Shown: positions 32,881-42,810, numbered from the stretch's first letter. The stretch is 64,000 nt of DNA from Escherichia coli (GCF_030013205.1 NZ_CP122648.1), one strand, 5' to 3'. Translations and numbers: made by a program. Notes: generated from the letters alone by a model not told the origin.

Positions 32881-35361
32881 ATGTTGAGAATGACCCCACT
32901 TGCATCAGCAATCGTAGCGTTATTGCTCGGCATTGAAGCTTATGCAGCTGAAGAAACCTTTGATACCCATTTTATGATAGGTGGAATGAAAGACCAGCAG
33001 GTTGCAAATATTCGTCTTGATGATAATCAACCCTTGCCGGGGCAGTATGACATCGATATTTATGTCAATAAGCAATGGCGCGGGAAATATGAGATTATTG
33101 TTAAAGACAACCCGCAAGAAACATGTTTATCAAGGGAAATTATCAAGCGGTTAGGCGTTAATACCGATAACTTTGCCAGCGGTAAGCAATGTTTAACATT
33201 TGAGCAACTTGTTCAGGGTGGGAGCTATACCTGGGATATCGGAGTTTTTCGTCTCGATTTCAGTGTCCCGCAGGCGTGGGTGGAAGAACTGGAAAGTGGC
33301 TATGTTCCACCGGAAAACTGGGAACGGGGTATTAATGCGTTTTATACCTCTTATTATGTGAGTCAGTATTACAGCGACTATAAAGCGTCGGGTAATAGCA
33401 AGAGTACATATGTACGTTTTAACAGCGGGTTAAACTTACTGGGGTGGCAACTGCATTCTGATGCCAGTTTCAGTAAAACAAATAGCAATCCAGGGGTGTG
33501 GAAAAGCAATACCCTGTATCTGGAACGTGGATTTGCCCAACTTCTCGGCACGCTTCGCGTGGGTGATATGTACACATCAAGCGATATTTTTGATTCTGTT
33601 CGCTTCAGCGGTGTGCGGTTGTTTCGTGATATGCAGATGTTGCCTAACTCGAAACAAAATTTTACGCCACGGGTGCAGGGGATTGCTCAGAGTAACGCGC
33701 TGGTAACTATTGAACAGAATGGTTTTGTCGTTTATCAGAAAGAGGTTCCTCCTGGCCCGTTTGCGATTACAGATTTGCAGTTGGCCGGTGGTGGAGCAGA
33801 TCTTGATGTCAGCGTGAAAGAGGCGGACGGCTCGGTTACCACCTATCTGGTGCCTTATGCAGCAGTGCCGAATATGCTGCAACCCGGAGTGTCGAAATAT
33901 GATTTTGCGGCGGGTCGTAGCCATATTGAAGGGGCGAGCAAACAAAGTGATTTTGTCCAGGCGGGTTATCAGTATGGTTTTAATAACTTATTGACGCTGT
34001 ATGGCGGATCGATGGTCGCGAATAATTATTACGCGTTCACTTTGGGGACTAGCTGGAATACACGCATTGGTGCCATTTCCGTCGATGCCACGAAGTCGCA
34101 TAGTAAACAAGACAACGGCGATGTGTTTGACGGGCAAAGTTATCAAATTGCCTACAACAAATTTGTGAGCCAAACGTCGACGCGTTTTGGTCTGGCGGCC
34201 TGGCGTTATTCGTCGCGTGATTACCGGACATTTAACGATCACGTTTGGGCAAACAATAAAGATAATTATCGCCGTGATGAAAACGATATCTATGACATTG
34301 CCGATTATTACCAGAACGATTTTGGCCGTAAAAATAGCTTTTCTGCCAATATGAGCCAGTCATTGCCAGAAGGCTGGGGTTCTGTGTCCTTAAGTACGTT
34401 ATGGCGAGATTACTGGGGGCGTAGCGGCAGCAGTAAGGATTATCAGTTGAGTTATTCCAACAACCTGCGACGGATAAGCTATACCCTCGCGGCAAGCCAG
34501 GCTTATGACGAGAATCATCATGAAGAGAAACGTTTTAATATTTTTATATCGATTCCCTTTGATTGGGGTGATGACGTTACGACGCCTCGTCGGCAAATAT
34601 ATATGTCTAACTCAACGACGTTTGATGATCAGGGTTTTGCCTCAAATAATACGGGATTATCGGGAACCGTTGGAAACCGGGATCAATTTAACTATGGGGT
34701 CAACCTGAGTCATCAGCATCAGGGAAATGAAACAACAGCTGGAGCGAATTTAACCTGGAACGCGCCGGTGGCAACGGTGAATGGCAGTTATAGTCAGTCG
34801 AGTACTTATCGACAGGCTGGAGCCAGTGTTTCAGGGGGCATTGTCGCCTGGTCGGGTGGCGTTAATCTGGCGAACCGTCTTTCCGAAACGTTTGCAGTGA
34901 TGAATGCGCCAGGAATTAAAGATGCTTATGTCAATGGGCAAAAATATCGCACAACAAACCGTAATGGAGTGGTGGTATACGACGGAATGACACCTTATCG
35001 GGAAAATCACCTGATGCTGGATGTGTCGCAAAGCGATAGCGAAGCAGAATTGCGCGGTAACCGGAAAATTGCCGCACCTTATCGCGGCGCGGTTGTACTG
35101 GTTAATTTTGATACCGATCAGCGCAAGCCCTGGTTTATAAAAGCGTTAAGAACGGATGGGCAACCATTAACGTTTGGTTATGAAGTCAATGATATCCATG
35201 GTCATAATATTGGCGTTGTCGGCCAGGGAAGCCAGTTATTTATTCGCACCAATGAAGTTCCGCCATCGGTTAATGTAGCAATTGATAAGCAACAAGGACT
35301 TTCATGCACAATCACCTTCGGTAAAGAGATTGATGAAAGTAGAAATTATATTTGCCAGTAA
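32881..35361 (+). CDS. yehB: Fimbrial outer-membrane usher
   Basis: AGGAG RBS then ATG at 32881; 826-aa beta-barrel usher-like protein. Confidence 0.85.
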   Translation: MLRMTPLASAIVALLLGIEAYAAEETFDTHFMIGGMKDQQVANIRLDDNQPLPGQYDIDIYVNKQWRGKYEIIVKDNPQETCLSREIIKRLGVNTDNFASGKQCLTFEQLVQGGSYTWDIGVFRLDFSVPQAWVEELESGYVPPENWERGINAFYTSYYVSQYYSDYKASGNSKSTYVRFNSGLNLLGWQLHSDASFSKTNSNPGVWKSNTLYLERGFAQLLGTLRVGDMYTSSDIFDSVRFSGVRLFRDMQMLPNSKQNFTPRVQGIAQSNALVTIEQNGFVVYQKEVPPGPFAITDLQLAGGGADLDVSVKEADGSVTTYLVPYAAVPNMLQPGVSKYDFAAGRSHIEGASKQSDFVQAGYQYGFNNLLTLYGGSMVANNYYAFTLGTSWNTRIGAISVDATKSHSKQDNGDVFDGQSYQIAYNKFVSQTSTRFGLAAWRYSSRDYRTFNDHVWANNKDNYRRDENDIYDIADYYQNDFGRKNSFSANMSQSLPEGWGSVSLSTLWRDYWGRSGSSKDYQLSYSNNLRRISYTLAASQAYDENHHEEKRFNIFISIPFDWGDDVTTPRRQIYMSNSTTFDDQGFASNNTGLSGTVGNRDQFNYGVNLSHQHQGNETTAGANLTWNAPVATVNGSYSQSSTYRQAGASVSGGIVAWSGGVNLANRLSETFAVMNAPGIKDAYVNGQKYRTTNRNGVVVYDGMTPYRENHLMLDVSQSDSEAELRGNRKIAAPYRGAVVLVNFDTDQRKPWFIKALRTDGQPLTFGYEVNDIHGHNIGVVGQGSQLFIRTNEVPPSVNVAIDKQQGLSCTITFGKEIDESRNYICQ

Positions 35362-35376
35362 TAGTCAGGTGGTCCT

Positions 35377-36411
35377 ATGAAAATTCGCATAATGCTATTT
35401 ATATTAATGATGATGGTTATGCCTGTGAGCTATGCGGCATGTTATAGTGAGTTATCTGTTCAGCACAATTTGGTTGTTCAGGGGGATTTTGCACTTAGTC
35501 AAACACAAATAGCGACATATGAGCATAATTTTAATTATTCGTCATGCGTGAGTACAAATACTATCACCCCTATGAGCCCGTCGGATATTATTGTTGGACT
35601 TTATAACGATACCATTAAATTAAATTTACATTTTGAATGGACCAATAAAAACAACATCACGCTGTCAAATAATCAGACCAGTTTCACCAGTGGTTATTCG
35701 GTAACGGTGACACCTGCGGCCAGTAATGCAAAAGTGAATGTTTCTGCGGGGGGCGGCGGTTCAGTAATGATTAATGGTGTTGCAACATTATCCAGTGCTT
35801 CATCATCGACACGCGGGAGTGCCGCAGTACAATTTCTACTGTGTTTATTAGGTGGCAAGTCATGGGATGCATGTGTAAATAGCTACAGAAATGCATTGGC
35901 ACAAAATGCAGGTGTCTATTCCTTTAATCTGACCTTGTCATACAACCCGATAACCACAACCTGCAAACCGGACGATTTATTAATTACTTTAGAGAGTATT
36001 CCCGTTTCACAATTACCAGCCACAGGTAACAAAGCAACAATAAATAGTAAAAAAGGGGATGTTATTCTGCGTTGTAAAAATTTATTAGGTCAACAAAATC
36101 AAACATCACGAAAAATGCAGGTGTATTTATCAAGTTCTGACTTGTTAACCAACAGCAACACAATACTGAAAGGTGCGGAAGATAATGGCGTAGGATTTAT
36201 TCTTGAAAGTAATAGTTCGCCAGTCACACTTTTAAATATCACTAACAGCAGTAAAGGATACACAAATTTAAAAGAAATTGCGACAAAGTCAAAACTTACA
36301 GATACAACGGTTTCAATTCCGATAACTGCCAGTTACTACGTCTACGATACAAACAAAGTTAAATCTGGCGCACTGGAGGCAACCGCATTAATCAACGTGA
36401 AATACGACTAA
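35377..36411 (+). CDS. yehA: Fimbrial adhesin-like tip protein
   Basis: 344 aa with signal peptide, terminal gene of the chaperone-usher cluster. Confidence 0.7.
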   Translation: MKIRIMLFILMMMVMPVSYAACYSELSVQHNLVVQGDFALSQTQIATYEHNFNYSSCVSTNTITPMSPSDIIVGLYNDTIKLNLHFEWTNKNNITLSNNQTSFTSGYSVTVTPAASNAKVNVSAGGGGSVMINGVATLSSASSSTRGSAAVQFLLCLLGGKSWDACVNSYRNALAQNAGVYSFNLTLSYNPITTTCKPDDLLITLESIPVSQLPATGNKATINSKKGDVILRCKNLLGQQNQTSRKMQVYLSSSDLLTNSNTILKGAEDNGVGFILESNSSPVTLLNITNSSKGYTNLKEIATKSKLTDTTVSIPITASYYVYDTNKVKSGALEATALINVKYD

Positions 36412-36457
36412 TAACAAGCAAGACGAGCAAGTGGCTAATAATAAAAAATAACAAGGT

Positions 36458-36485
36458 GTCTGCATTTCCCCCTCATGATGAGGGG
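36458..36485 (+). terminator. Rho-independent terminator of yehA operon
   Basis: Perfect hairpin ccccctcat-gatgaggggg followed by cttttttt. Confidence 0.6.
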
Positions 36486-36492
36486 GCTTTTT

Positions 36493-36831
36493 TTAGCGAT
36501 GATAAAAAATCTCACCGTCGTAGGCTTTAATGATTTTACCGTCGGTGTCGCTGATCAACACGTACGCGCCACCCATATAGGTCCAGTGCGTCCCGGCATC
36601 AGGCGCGGGCAGGTTACGTAACTGCCACTGCTTAATGTTGTACTCATCGGTGCGGTACATCTCTGGGACGGTATCGCCTGGTTTGAAATGCTTAAAGTCA
36701 GCAATGAAACTGCTTAACTCATACTTAGAAATTCCCGAGGTATTGGTCGAACCCGCGGTGGCTGGTGCGGCCCAGGCGGCACTGGTAACCAGCAAAAGCG
36801 CACCCAGCAACATCTTATTTTTAATGGTCAT
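36493..36831 (-). CDS. rcnB: Periplasmic nickel/cobalt homeostasis protein
   Basis: Start MTIKNKMLLGALLLVTSAAWA at 36831; 112 aa. Confidence 0.8.
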   Translation of the reverse strand: MTIKNKMLLGALLLVTSAAWAAPATAGSTNTSGISKYELSSFIADFKHFKPGDTVPEMYRTDEYNIKQWQLRNLPAPDAGTHWTYMGGAYVLISDTDGKIIKAYDGEIFYHR

Positions 36832-37049
36832 AAACTCTCCACTTTGGGGATCTGTAATATCAGTCGCATATCTTTCCTGCCATACAATATAACTGACAAG
36901 CGATATTTTGTTAGTGATCCCATGATTTCGTAAAAAGTGTAAATGAAAGGATGCCCTAAAAGCATCCTTAGCGAGCAGAGAGTCAGCGGAAATAGCTGAT
37001 TTAAGAATCATCCTGGGCTGAAGATAACATGCAAGCCTAAAGGATGGAG

Positions 37050-37874
37050 TTATCGCATTATGCCCATGAAGCCATGTACGCCCATATACACACCAACTAA
37101 GCCAATCAACAGACTGGAAAAATAGGGGGCGCGTTTAGCGAGAGTGTTAAATCCGCTCCAGCGTTTTGCGACCTGCTGAACGCTGATTGCTGCGCCAACG
37201 CCTACGGTGACAAGCGTTAACGCCAGGCCAATGCTGAAACTGACGACCAGTGTTGCGCCCAGTGTCAGGGCTTTCAACTGAATGCATATCAACAGCACGG
37301 TAATTGCTGCCGGGCAGGGGATAAGGCCACCGGTTAAGCCAAATAGCAAAATTTGCCAGTTGGTGACCTCTCTACCATCAAAGCGTCGTTTAATGTCATT
37401 GGCATGGGCTCGTGCATGGGCATCCTGATACTCGCCATGTTCGTGATGGTGATGATGTCCATGGTCGTGGTGATCTTCGTGATCGTGGTGATGATGCTCA
37501 TGATCATGCTCGTGCATATTCTCCAGCCAGTTGCGTTCGCCGCGCCAGGTACGCCAGAACATCCAGAACGCGGTGCCAATAATGATCACTGCGGAAATCA
37601 ACTGGAGCCACGGTTCTGCTGATTGAGCAGTAAAGCGCTTGCTGATCACCATCCCGCCAAAGGCAATCAACCAGACCACTGCGGTATGCGAAATGGTTGC
37701 TGCCAGTCCGAGCATCACCGCCTGTTTAATGGTGCCTTTGATGGCGATGATAAACGCCGCCATCATCGTTTTTGAGTGCCCTGGTTCCAGGCCATGAAGC
37801 GCACCAAGTAAGATGGCGCTGGGGATGAAGAACCAGGCGTTTCCTTGCTGAAGAAGAGTGGTAAATTCGGTCAT
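37050..37874 (-). CDS. rcnA: Nickel/cobalt efflux permease
   Basis: 274-aa membrane protein with a His/Asp/Glu-rich loop (HEHDHEHHHHDHEDHHDHGHHHHHEHGEY). Confidence 0.85.
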   Translation of the reverse strand: MTEFTTLLQQGNAWFFIPSAILLGALHGLEPGHSKTMMAAFIIAIKGTIKQAVMLGLAATISHTAVVWLIAFGGMVISKRFTAQSAEPWLQLISAVIIIGTAFWMFWRTWRGERNWLENMHEHDHEHHHHDHEDHHDHGHHHHHEHGEYQDAHARAHANDIKRRFDGREVTNWQILLFGLTGGLIPCPAAITVLLICIQLKALTLGATLVVSFSIGLALTLVTVGVGAAISVQQVAKRWSGFNTLAKRAPYFSSLLIGLVGVYMGVHGFMGIMR

Positions 37875-37911
37875 GATAATAATTCTTAGTATTAATTCGG
37901 CAATCTTATTC

Positions 37912-37946
37912 TACTCCCCCCCAGTACCTGATACTACCCCCCAGTA
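37912..37946. promoter_or_regulatory. RcnR operator pair (TACT-C6/7-N-AGTA) in rcnA-rcnR divergent region
   Basis: tactcccccccagta (37912-37926) and tactaccccccagta (37932-37946); matches published RcnR site architecture. Confidence 0.6.
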
Positions 37947-37994
37947 GATTAATAGTGCTATGATTTTTCATATTCTTGTTAACCAGGTGTTGCC

Positions 37995-38267
37995 ATGTCT
38001 CATACCATCCGTGATAAACAGAAACTGAAAGCGCGTGCCAGTAAGATTCAGGGCCAGGTCGTGGCGCTCAAGAAAATGCTCGACGAGCCGCACGAATGCG
38101 CTGCAGTTTTACAACAGATTGCTGCTATCCGTGGCGCGGTAAACGGTCTGATGCGGGAAGTGATTAAAGGTCATCTGACGGAACACATCGTTCACCAGGG
38201 GGATGAGCTAAAACGTGAAGAAGATCTGGATGTCGTTCTGAAGGTGCTGGATTCTTATATCAAATAA
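37995..38267 (+). CDS. rcnR: Ni/Co-responsive transcriptional repressor (CsoR/RcnR family)
   Basis: 90 aa, [48 protein letters not shown]. Confidence 0.85.
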
Positions 38268-38359
38268 TTTATTAACGCGATTGTAAAACTGCGGTTTTTA
38301 CTCGTTTACAACGCGTGCGCTGGACATTACCATCCTCCTCTGCGATTTATCATCGCAAT

Positions 38360-38437
38360 CAAACGACTCGGGGTGCCCTTCTGCGTGAAGGCTGAGAAAT
38401 ACCCGTATCACCTGATCTGGATAATGCCAGCGTAGGG
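38360..38437. repeat. attL: 78-bp copy of thiM TPP-riboswitch sequence (left junction of inserted element)
   Basis: Perfect 78-bp identity to 47250..47327; sequence to its left is native rcnR-thiM intergenic DNA, sequence to its right is element DNA. Confidence 0.75.
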
Positions 38438-38520
38438 GGCCAAAATAGTCTTGAAAATTATGTGGTTGTATCTCTTTTTGACCATAAATCATGCTGTTAA
38501 GGTACAAAAAGGGGTCGTTT

Positions 38521-39828
38521 ATGAGGTCAAGAACTCTCCCATACACATTTCAGCGAAACGGTAATTACTATCTACAAATCCGGCTTTCGGATGGTCGGAT
38601 ATACAAAAAATCACTTTTTACTGACAGTTATCGCGAAGCATCGGCGTTGATGATTGGCCTTACTCCGCACATTCCTTTCGTTAAATCACTCGCTACTCCG
38701 TTGCCGCAATTTAATAAGTTTGTTTCAAACTTGATCGCTTCGTCACGTAACGTAATGATTCCGTTGCCACTCCCTCAGCAATTGAACAATATTTCTAAAG
38801 AAGTTTTGCAGCTTCAACCACCAGCCAAACCGGAAAAGGTGCTAACACTTGCTGATGCGTGGGCTATGTACAAGGAGGAAAGAGGTCGAAATTGGACAAA
38901 ATCGATCTCAATGGCAAATGAGCGTTATATGGAGGTATTGCTTGTTGTCTTGGGAAAAGAAACAGACGTAACGGCAATCACCAAACAAGATATTAAGCGA
39001 GTAATGGAAACTGTCGAAAACTTACCAAAGCGTGTAGTGCAACCGTATAGGTCAATGACTATTCAGCAACTAATCGAATGTGATGATGTGCTGCCAGAGG
39101 ATTTAGTTGGTGCTGAGGCTGTACATAAGCACCTTAAAATCTACAAATCGTTATTCAAAACATTTCTGACTGAAAACAAAGATATTCTATCTAAGTCTCC
39201 GACTGATGGAATAGTAGCGGCACCATCCAAAGCTAGGTTTGGTGCATACAGTGCAGCAGAAATGAAAAAATTTGTAGGATGGGCACTAAAGCAGCCTGAT
39301 GGATGGCAGAAGTGGATCACTTTGTTGTTGGCGTACACAGGAGCCAGAAGAGGTGAGATTGCTAAACTGGAGAAGTCGCAGATCAAATTTGATGAAGATA
39401 GCCAGCGGCACTATCTTCTGATCGCGGAAAGAAGGCTGGGTAAAACTGAGAATGCTACAAGACAGGTAGTGATTCATCCCAAACTGATTGAGTGGGGGTT
39501 TCTGGATTTTGTTAACCGCCAATGGAAAGAGAAAATCTTTTCGGAAGTCTCAGGTCGAAATATGTCAAAGATAGGTAAAGTTCTTTCAGATGTTCGTGAT
39601 CAGCTTGATATTCCTTATCTTGATGATTATGGGCAGCGGCGCTTGGTGCATAGTTTCCGGCATACTATGATTTCTACTTGTTTAGCTGGTTGGGTGAGTA
39701 ATTTGGCGCATCTGCAACAGGTGGTAGGTCATGAGAAAAGCGGTTTAGGGATTACCAGACGCTATTTGCACTCTTTTCCTTTACGTTCAATTTGTTACGT
39801 GATTGATGGTTTGGACTGGTTAAATTGA
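38521..39828 (+). CDS. Tyrosine-type site-specific integrase
   Basis: ORF 38491..39828; RBS AAGGGG before ATG 38521; catalytic-region motifs ARRGEI, HSFRHT, and terminal RRYLHS tyrosine. Confidence 0.85.
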   Translation: MRSRTLPYTFQRNGNYYLQIRLSDGRIYKKSLFTDSYREASALMIGLTPHIPFVKSLATPLPQFNKFVSNLIASSRNVMIPLPLPQQLNNISKEVLQLQPPAKPEKVLTLADAWAMYKEERGRNWTKSISMANERYMEVLLVVLGKETDVTAITKQDIKRVMETVENLPKRVVQPYRSMTIQQLIECDDVLPEDLVGAEAVHKHLKIYKSLFKTFLTENKDILSKSPTDGIVAAPSKARFGAYSAAEMKKFVGWALKQPDGWQKWITLLLAYTGARRGEIAKLEKSQIKFDEDSQRHYLLIAERRLGKTENATRQVVIHPKLIEWGFLDFVNRQWKEKIFSEVSGRNMSKIGKVLSDVRDQLDIPYLDDYGQRRLVHSFRHTMISTCLAGWVSNLAHLQQVVGHEKSGLGITRRYLHSFPLRSICYVIDGLDWLN

Positions 39829-39869
39829 TGTGAGCCTCGTGAGAAAGGGAATAAATAGAGAAAATCAAG

Positions 39870-39897
39870 TTGTTACCTCATTGGCAGGGGATATAAT
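39870..39897 (+). promoter_or_regulatory. Candidate sigma70 promoter for the nuclease gene
   Basis: -35 TTGTTA (39870-39875), 16-bp spacer, perfect -10 TATAAT (39892-39897), about 30 nt upstream of the ATG. Confidence 0.4.
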
Positions 39898-39927
39898 GAC
39901 CATATTGTCATCTTGAGGAACAAAAGT

Positions 39928-41499
39928 ATGGTTGCTCGTTCTAACCTTGTAAATTTAGATGCACTGATTAAGCGTGCTGATTTAGGTTTAAAGATCCAAG
40001 ATAACTCTTCATTTGAAACGCTAAACAGTATTCCTGCAAGAGAATTGAAATCAGGAAGTGGAATTGCTGCGCTTCTGAGAAAACCAGATTTCCAGCGTGA
40101 AACAAATCATTGGGGGCCTGAGCAGGTTGTATCGCTTCTCGAATGCTACATCAATGGTGATTTGATACCTTCCGTTATTCTTTGGCGGTCTTCAACCCAT
40201 CTTTTTGTGATCGATGGTGGTCATCGTTTAAGTGCGTTACGTGCTTGGGTTGAAGATGATTATGGCGACGGTCATATATCCCATCAACTTTTTGGGCATG
40301 ATATTCCTCGTGAACAACGCCGCGCTGCAGATAGAACGAGAAAGCTTGTGAAGGAGAGGGTCGGTAGCTGGGAATATTATCAGAAGTTGCTTGCCGATGA
40401 TGCTTCATTGACCGAGGAACAGCAGAGAAGAATCAGCGTATTAACATCTCGTGGAATCTCAGTCCAATGGGTAGTGGGTGATGTAGATAAGGCAGAAACT
40501 TCATTTTTTAACATCAATATGAAGGGAACTCCTCTTGATGCTATCGAAGAGATGCTTCTAAAAAATCGCAAGAAAAGTATTCCGATAGCAACCCGAGCAA
40601 TTATTCGTGCCGGTAGAGGTCATCGCTATTGGTCGGGGTTTGATCAGAGCATTGCCCAGCAACTTGAAGATAAATCTGCAAAGCTGCATCGTTTGCTGTT
40701 CGAACCTGAAGTTGATCGCCCTATTAAAACTCTTGATCTTCCATTAGGCGGTTCTAGGGGGGTCAGGACAGCGATCCAAGTTTTGAAAGATTTCTTACTG
40801 ATCACTGATTGCAACCAGAATGGTGTTTTGAAAAAAATCGAAGCCTACCCTGATGATGCGTCGGGTGCTGATACGTTAAGAATCCTTTCCAAAGCCACAT
40901 CATTAAGCAATAGAATTACAGGCAATGGCGATGGTAGCTTGGGGCTTCATCCAGCGATTTATTTTTATGGTCCGACTGGAATCCACTCAACGCCAATGTT
41001 TCTAGGAACTGTGCTACTGGTGGCAAAACAACTCTCTAACAATAATGGTCAATTCTTTAAAGACTTCACAACAATCAGATCTAGGCTTGAGAGAATAATG
41101 ATCGAATTTAAGGACTTGATCGCAATGATAGTACAAAAACCAGGTAGTAATGTCCGAGTGGCTCGCTACTGTGATTTTTTAAATGCGGTGATCAAATCAC
41201 TCAAGCAGGGAGAGAATATTGATGAGAGTAAGCTTATCGAGCTGGCCGAATTGGAGGGGAGAATACTCTCTGGAGATTTTAAGAGAACATCAGCAAAAAT
41301 CAGCGATGAACAAAAAAGTAAGGTGTTCATTGACGTGGCTCTGCGCAACGCTTTGAAATGTCCGATTTGCCAAGGTTACCTTGATACTGAAAAGTCAGTT
41401 TCTTATGATCATATCGTACGTGTCCGTGAGGGAGGAGATGGTAATTCTGACAATGTACAGTTGACACACCCTTACTGTAACCAGTCAGTGAAGTGTTAA
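39928..41499 (+). CDS. DUF262/DGQHR (ParB-like) domain + C-terminal HNH endonuclease fusion; candidate defence nuclease
   Basis: N-terminus FQRETNHW ... FVIDGGHRLSALRAW (QR/DGQ(Q/H)R-like ParB-fold motifs); C-terminus CPICQGYLDTEKSVSYDHIVRVREGGDGNSDNVQLTHPYCNQ (HNH His-Me finger). 523 aa from ATG 39928. Confidence 0.7.
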   Translation: MVARSNLVNLDALIKRADLGLKIQDNSSFETLNSIPARELKSGSGIAALLRKPDFQRETNHWGPEQVVSLLECYINGDLIPSVILWRSSTHLFVIDGGHRLSALRAWVEDDYGDGHISHQLFGHDIPREQRRAADRTRKLVKERVGSWEYYQKLLADDASLTEEQQRRISVLTSRGISVQWVVGDVDKAETSFFNINMKGTPLDAIEEMLLKNRKKSIPIATRAIIRAGRGHRYWSGFDQSIAQQLEDKSAKLHRLLFEPEVDRPIKTLDLPLGGSRGVRTAIQVLKDFLLITDCNQNGVLKKIEAYPDDASGADTLRILSKATSLSNRITGNGDGSLGLHPAIYFYGPTGIHSTPMFLGTVLLVAKQLSNNNGQFFKDFTTIRSRLERIMIEFKDLIAMIVQKPGSNVRVARYCDFLNAVIKSLKQGENIDESKLIELAELEGRILSGDFKRTSAKISDEQKSKVFIDVALRNALKCPICQGYLDTEKSVSYDHIVRVREGGDGNSDNVQLTHPYCNQSVKC

Positions 41500-41887
41500 A
41501 ATCACGTTTCACTTTTCGTTGTCATTTGTATCGAACGTTTTTGAGAAAGGGCAGGATTGCGAGCGAGTTACCAGCGTAAACAGATAAATACTGTTTTCGT
41601 AAGCCCACTGTCGCCGCTTTCCGCTCTGCAATTTTTGCTTGTCGGGGGGCTAATTGTGGCTTTGCTTGCCATAACATTAAAAGTCAGTAATATACTGAAA
41701 ATTAATACAATACTTTTCATATATCCCATTGAATATTCAGTTCATTGCCAAATAGCAAGCGGAGCACTCTCTCTTTAACGTTGTAGTAACTTAGTTGAAC
41801 AATTTTATAATATAATTTGTCTAAGTTGGTTGATGTATCAAAGCCTTTTTCTGAAGAATGAATTGGCGTGATTACTCACGCCAGATT

Positions 41888-42235
41888 TTAAATTTCAGAA
41901 CATAGGCTAAGCGTATAGACAGCAGTTTGCCCATCATTGTTAGTCGGTCTCATAACGAAAACAGGCTGACTCCCATTATCAATGTATGTGACTGCAACCC
42001 CTCCATCAGGTGTGGCATACATTTTTGCGATGCTTTTTTGACCTATAAAATCAAGTCTCCAAGTCTTACCACCAAGATGTATTGTCATTTTTTTATCTTG
42101 TATATCAAAAGTTGAATCTACAGAAACTTTCTGACTTCCCGAGTCAATATGACCTTCCTGTATTGCTTTACAGGAAAAGGTTGTGGCGTGGCCCATCACT
42201 GGAATTAACAAAGCGGCAAATACTAGTTTTTTCAT
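41888..42235 (-). CDS. Small secreted protein of unknown function (115 aa)
   Basis: RBS GGGAGA; MKKLVFAALLIPVMGHATTFSC signal peptide; no recognisable family. Confidence 0.5.
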   Translation of the reverse strand: MKKLVFAALLIPVMGHATTFSCKAIQEGHIDSGSQKVSVDSTFDIQDKKMTIHLGGKTWRLDFIGQKSIAKMYATPDGGVAVTYIDNGSQPVFVMRPTNNDGQTAVYTLSLCSEI

Positions 42236-42345
42236 TTGTCTCCCTTGATGTGTCAAATGGATGGTGATGCTAATAATACATGATTGATTCAAAATGTCAC
42301 GATTAGTGCGTGGTTAATTGGTGCGTCAAATTGCATCTTTGTGCC

Positions 42346-42810
42346 ATGCGAAAGAATCTGAGATACCTTTTTGGACAACGAGTAAAAGAGTTCCGTATAG
42401 CTATTGGCTTAAGCCAAGAGGCCTTTGCAGATCGGTGTGGTTTTGCTCGTAGTTATATGAGTCGAATTGAGCGTGGTTGCTCTAATGCATCTCTTGATGC
42501 AATTGAGGTTCTGGCTGACGCTTTGCGTATTGAGCCTTGGCAGTTACTAGCTTCTGATTCAAGGAAAACTGATGATCAGGAGGTACTTGTTCCTTATGCT
42601 GCAGATGGGTCGTGTTTTCATCCAGGATTGGCAAGTACTCGCGATGGTTCGTTTAGAGTAGGGGAAAAATCAGCCCAGAAACGTTTCAGTTCGTTCAATG
42701 ACGCTCTCGAATACCTTCGTGGAATGGAAACCGCGAAGTGGCGTAGGCCTAATGCTAGTGGTAATTGGGGAATTGTATCTGCGGTTAAATGGGATCGACT
42801 GAATCAATAA
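42346..42810 (+). CDS. XRE-family HTH regulator with C-terminal extension
   Basis: LRYLFGQRVKEFRIAIGLSQEAFADRCGFARSYMSRIERG HTH; start could also be the GTG at 42310; divergent from secreted-protein gene. Confidence 0.65.
   Translation: MRKNLRYLFGQRVKEFRIAIGLSQEAFADRCGFARSYMSRIERGCSNASLDAIEVLADALRIEPWQLLASDSRKTDDQEVLVPYAADGSCFHPGLASTRDGSFRVGEKSAQKRFSSFNDALEYLRGMETAKWRRPNASGNWGIVSAVKWDRLNQ

Noticed and set aside
37430-37510. Repetitive cat/cac-rich stretch in rcnA
   Set aside because: It is the coding sequence of the histidine-rich metal-binding loop of RcnA, not a tandem-repeat element or slippage tract of independent significance.
41557-41778. 73-aa hydrophobic ORF downstream of the nuclease gene
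   Set aside because: No convincing RBS or canonical start, and it overlaps a hairpin/terminator region; possibly a small membrane peptide but unsupported.
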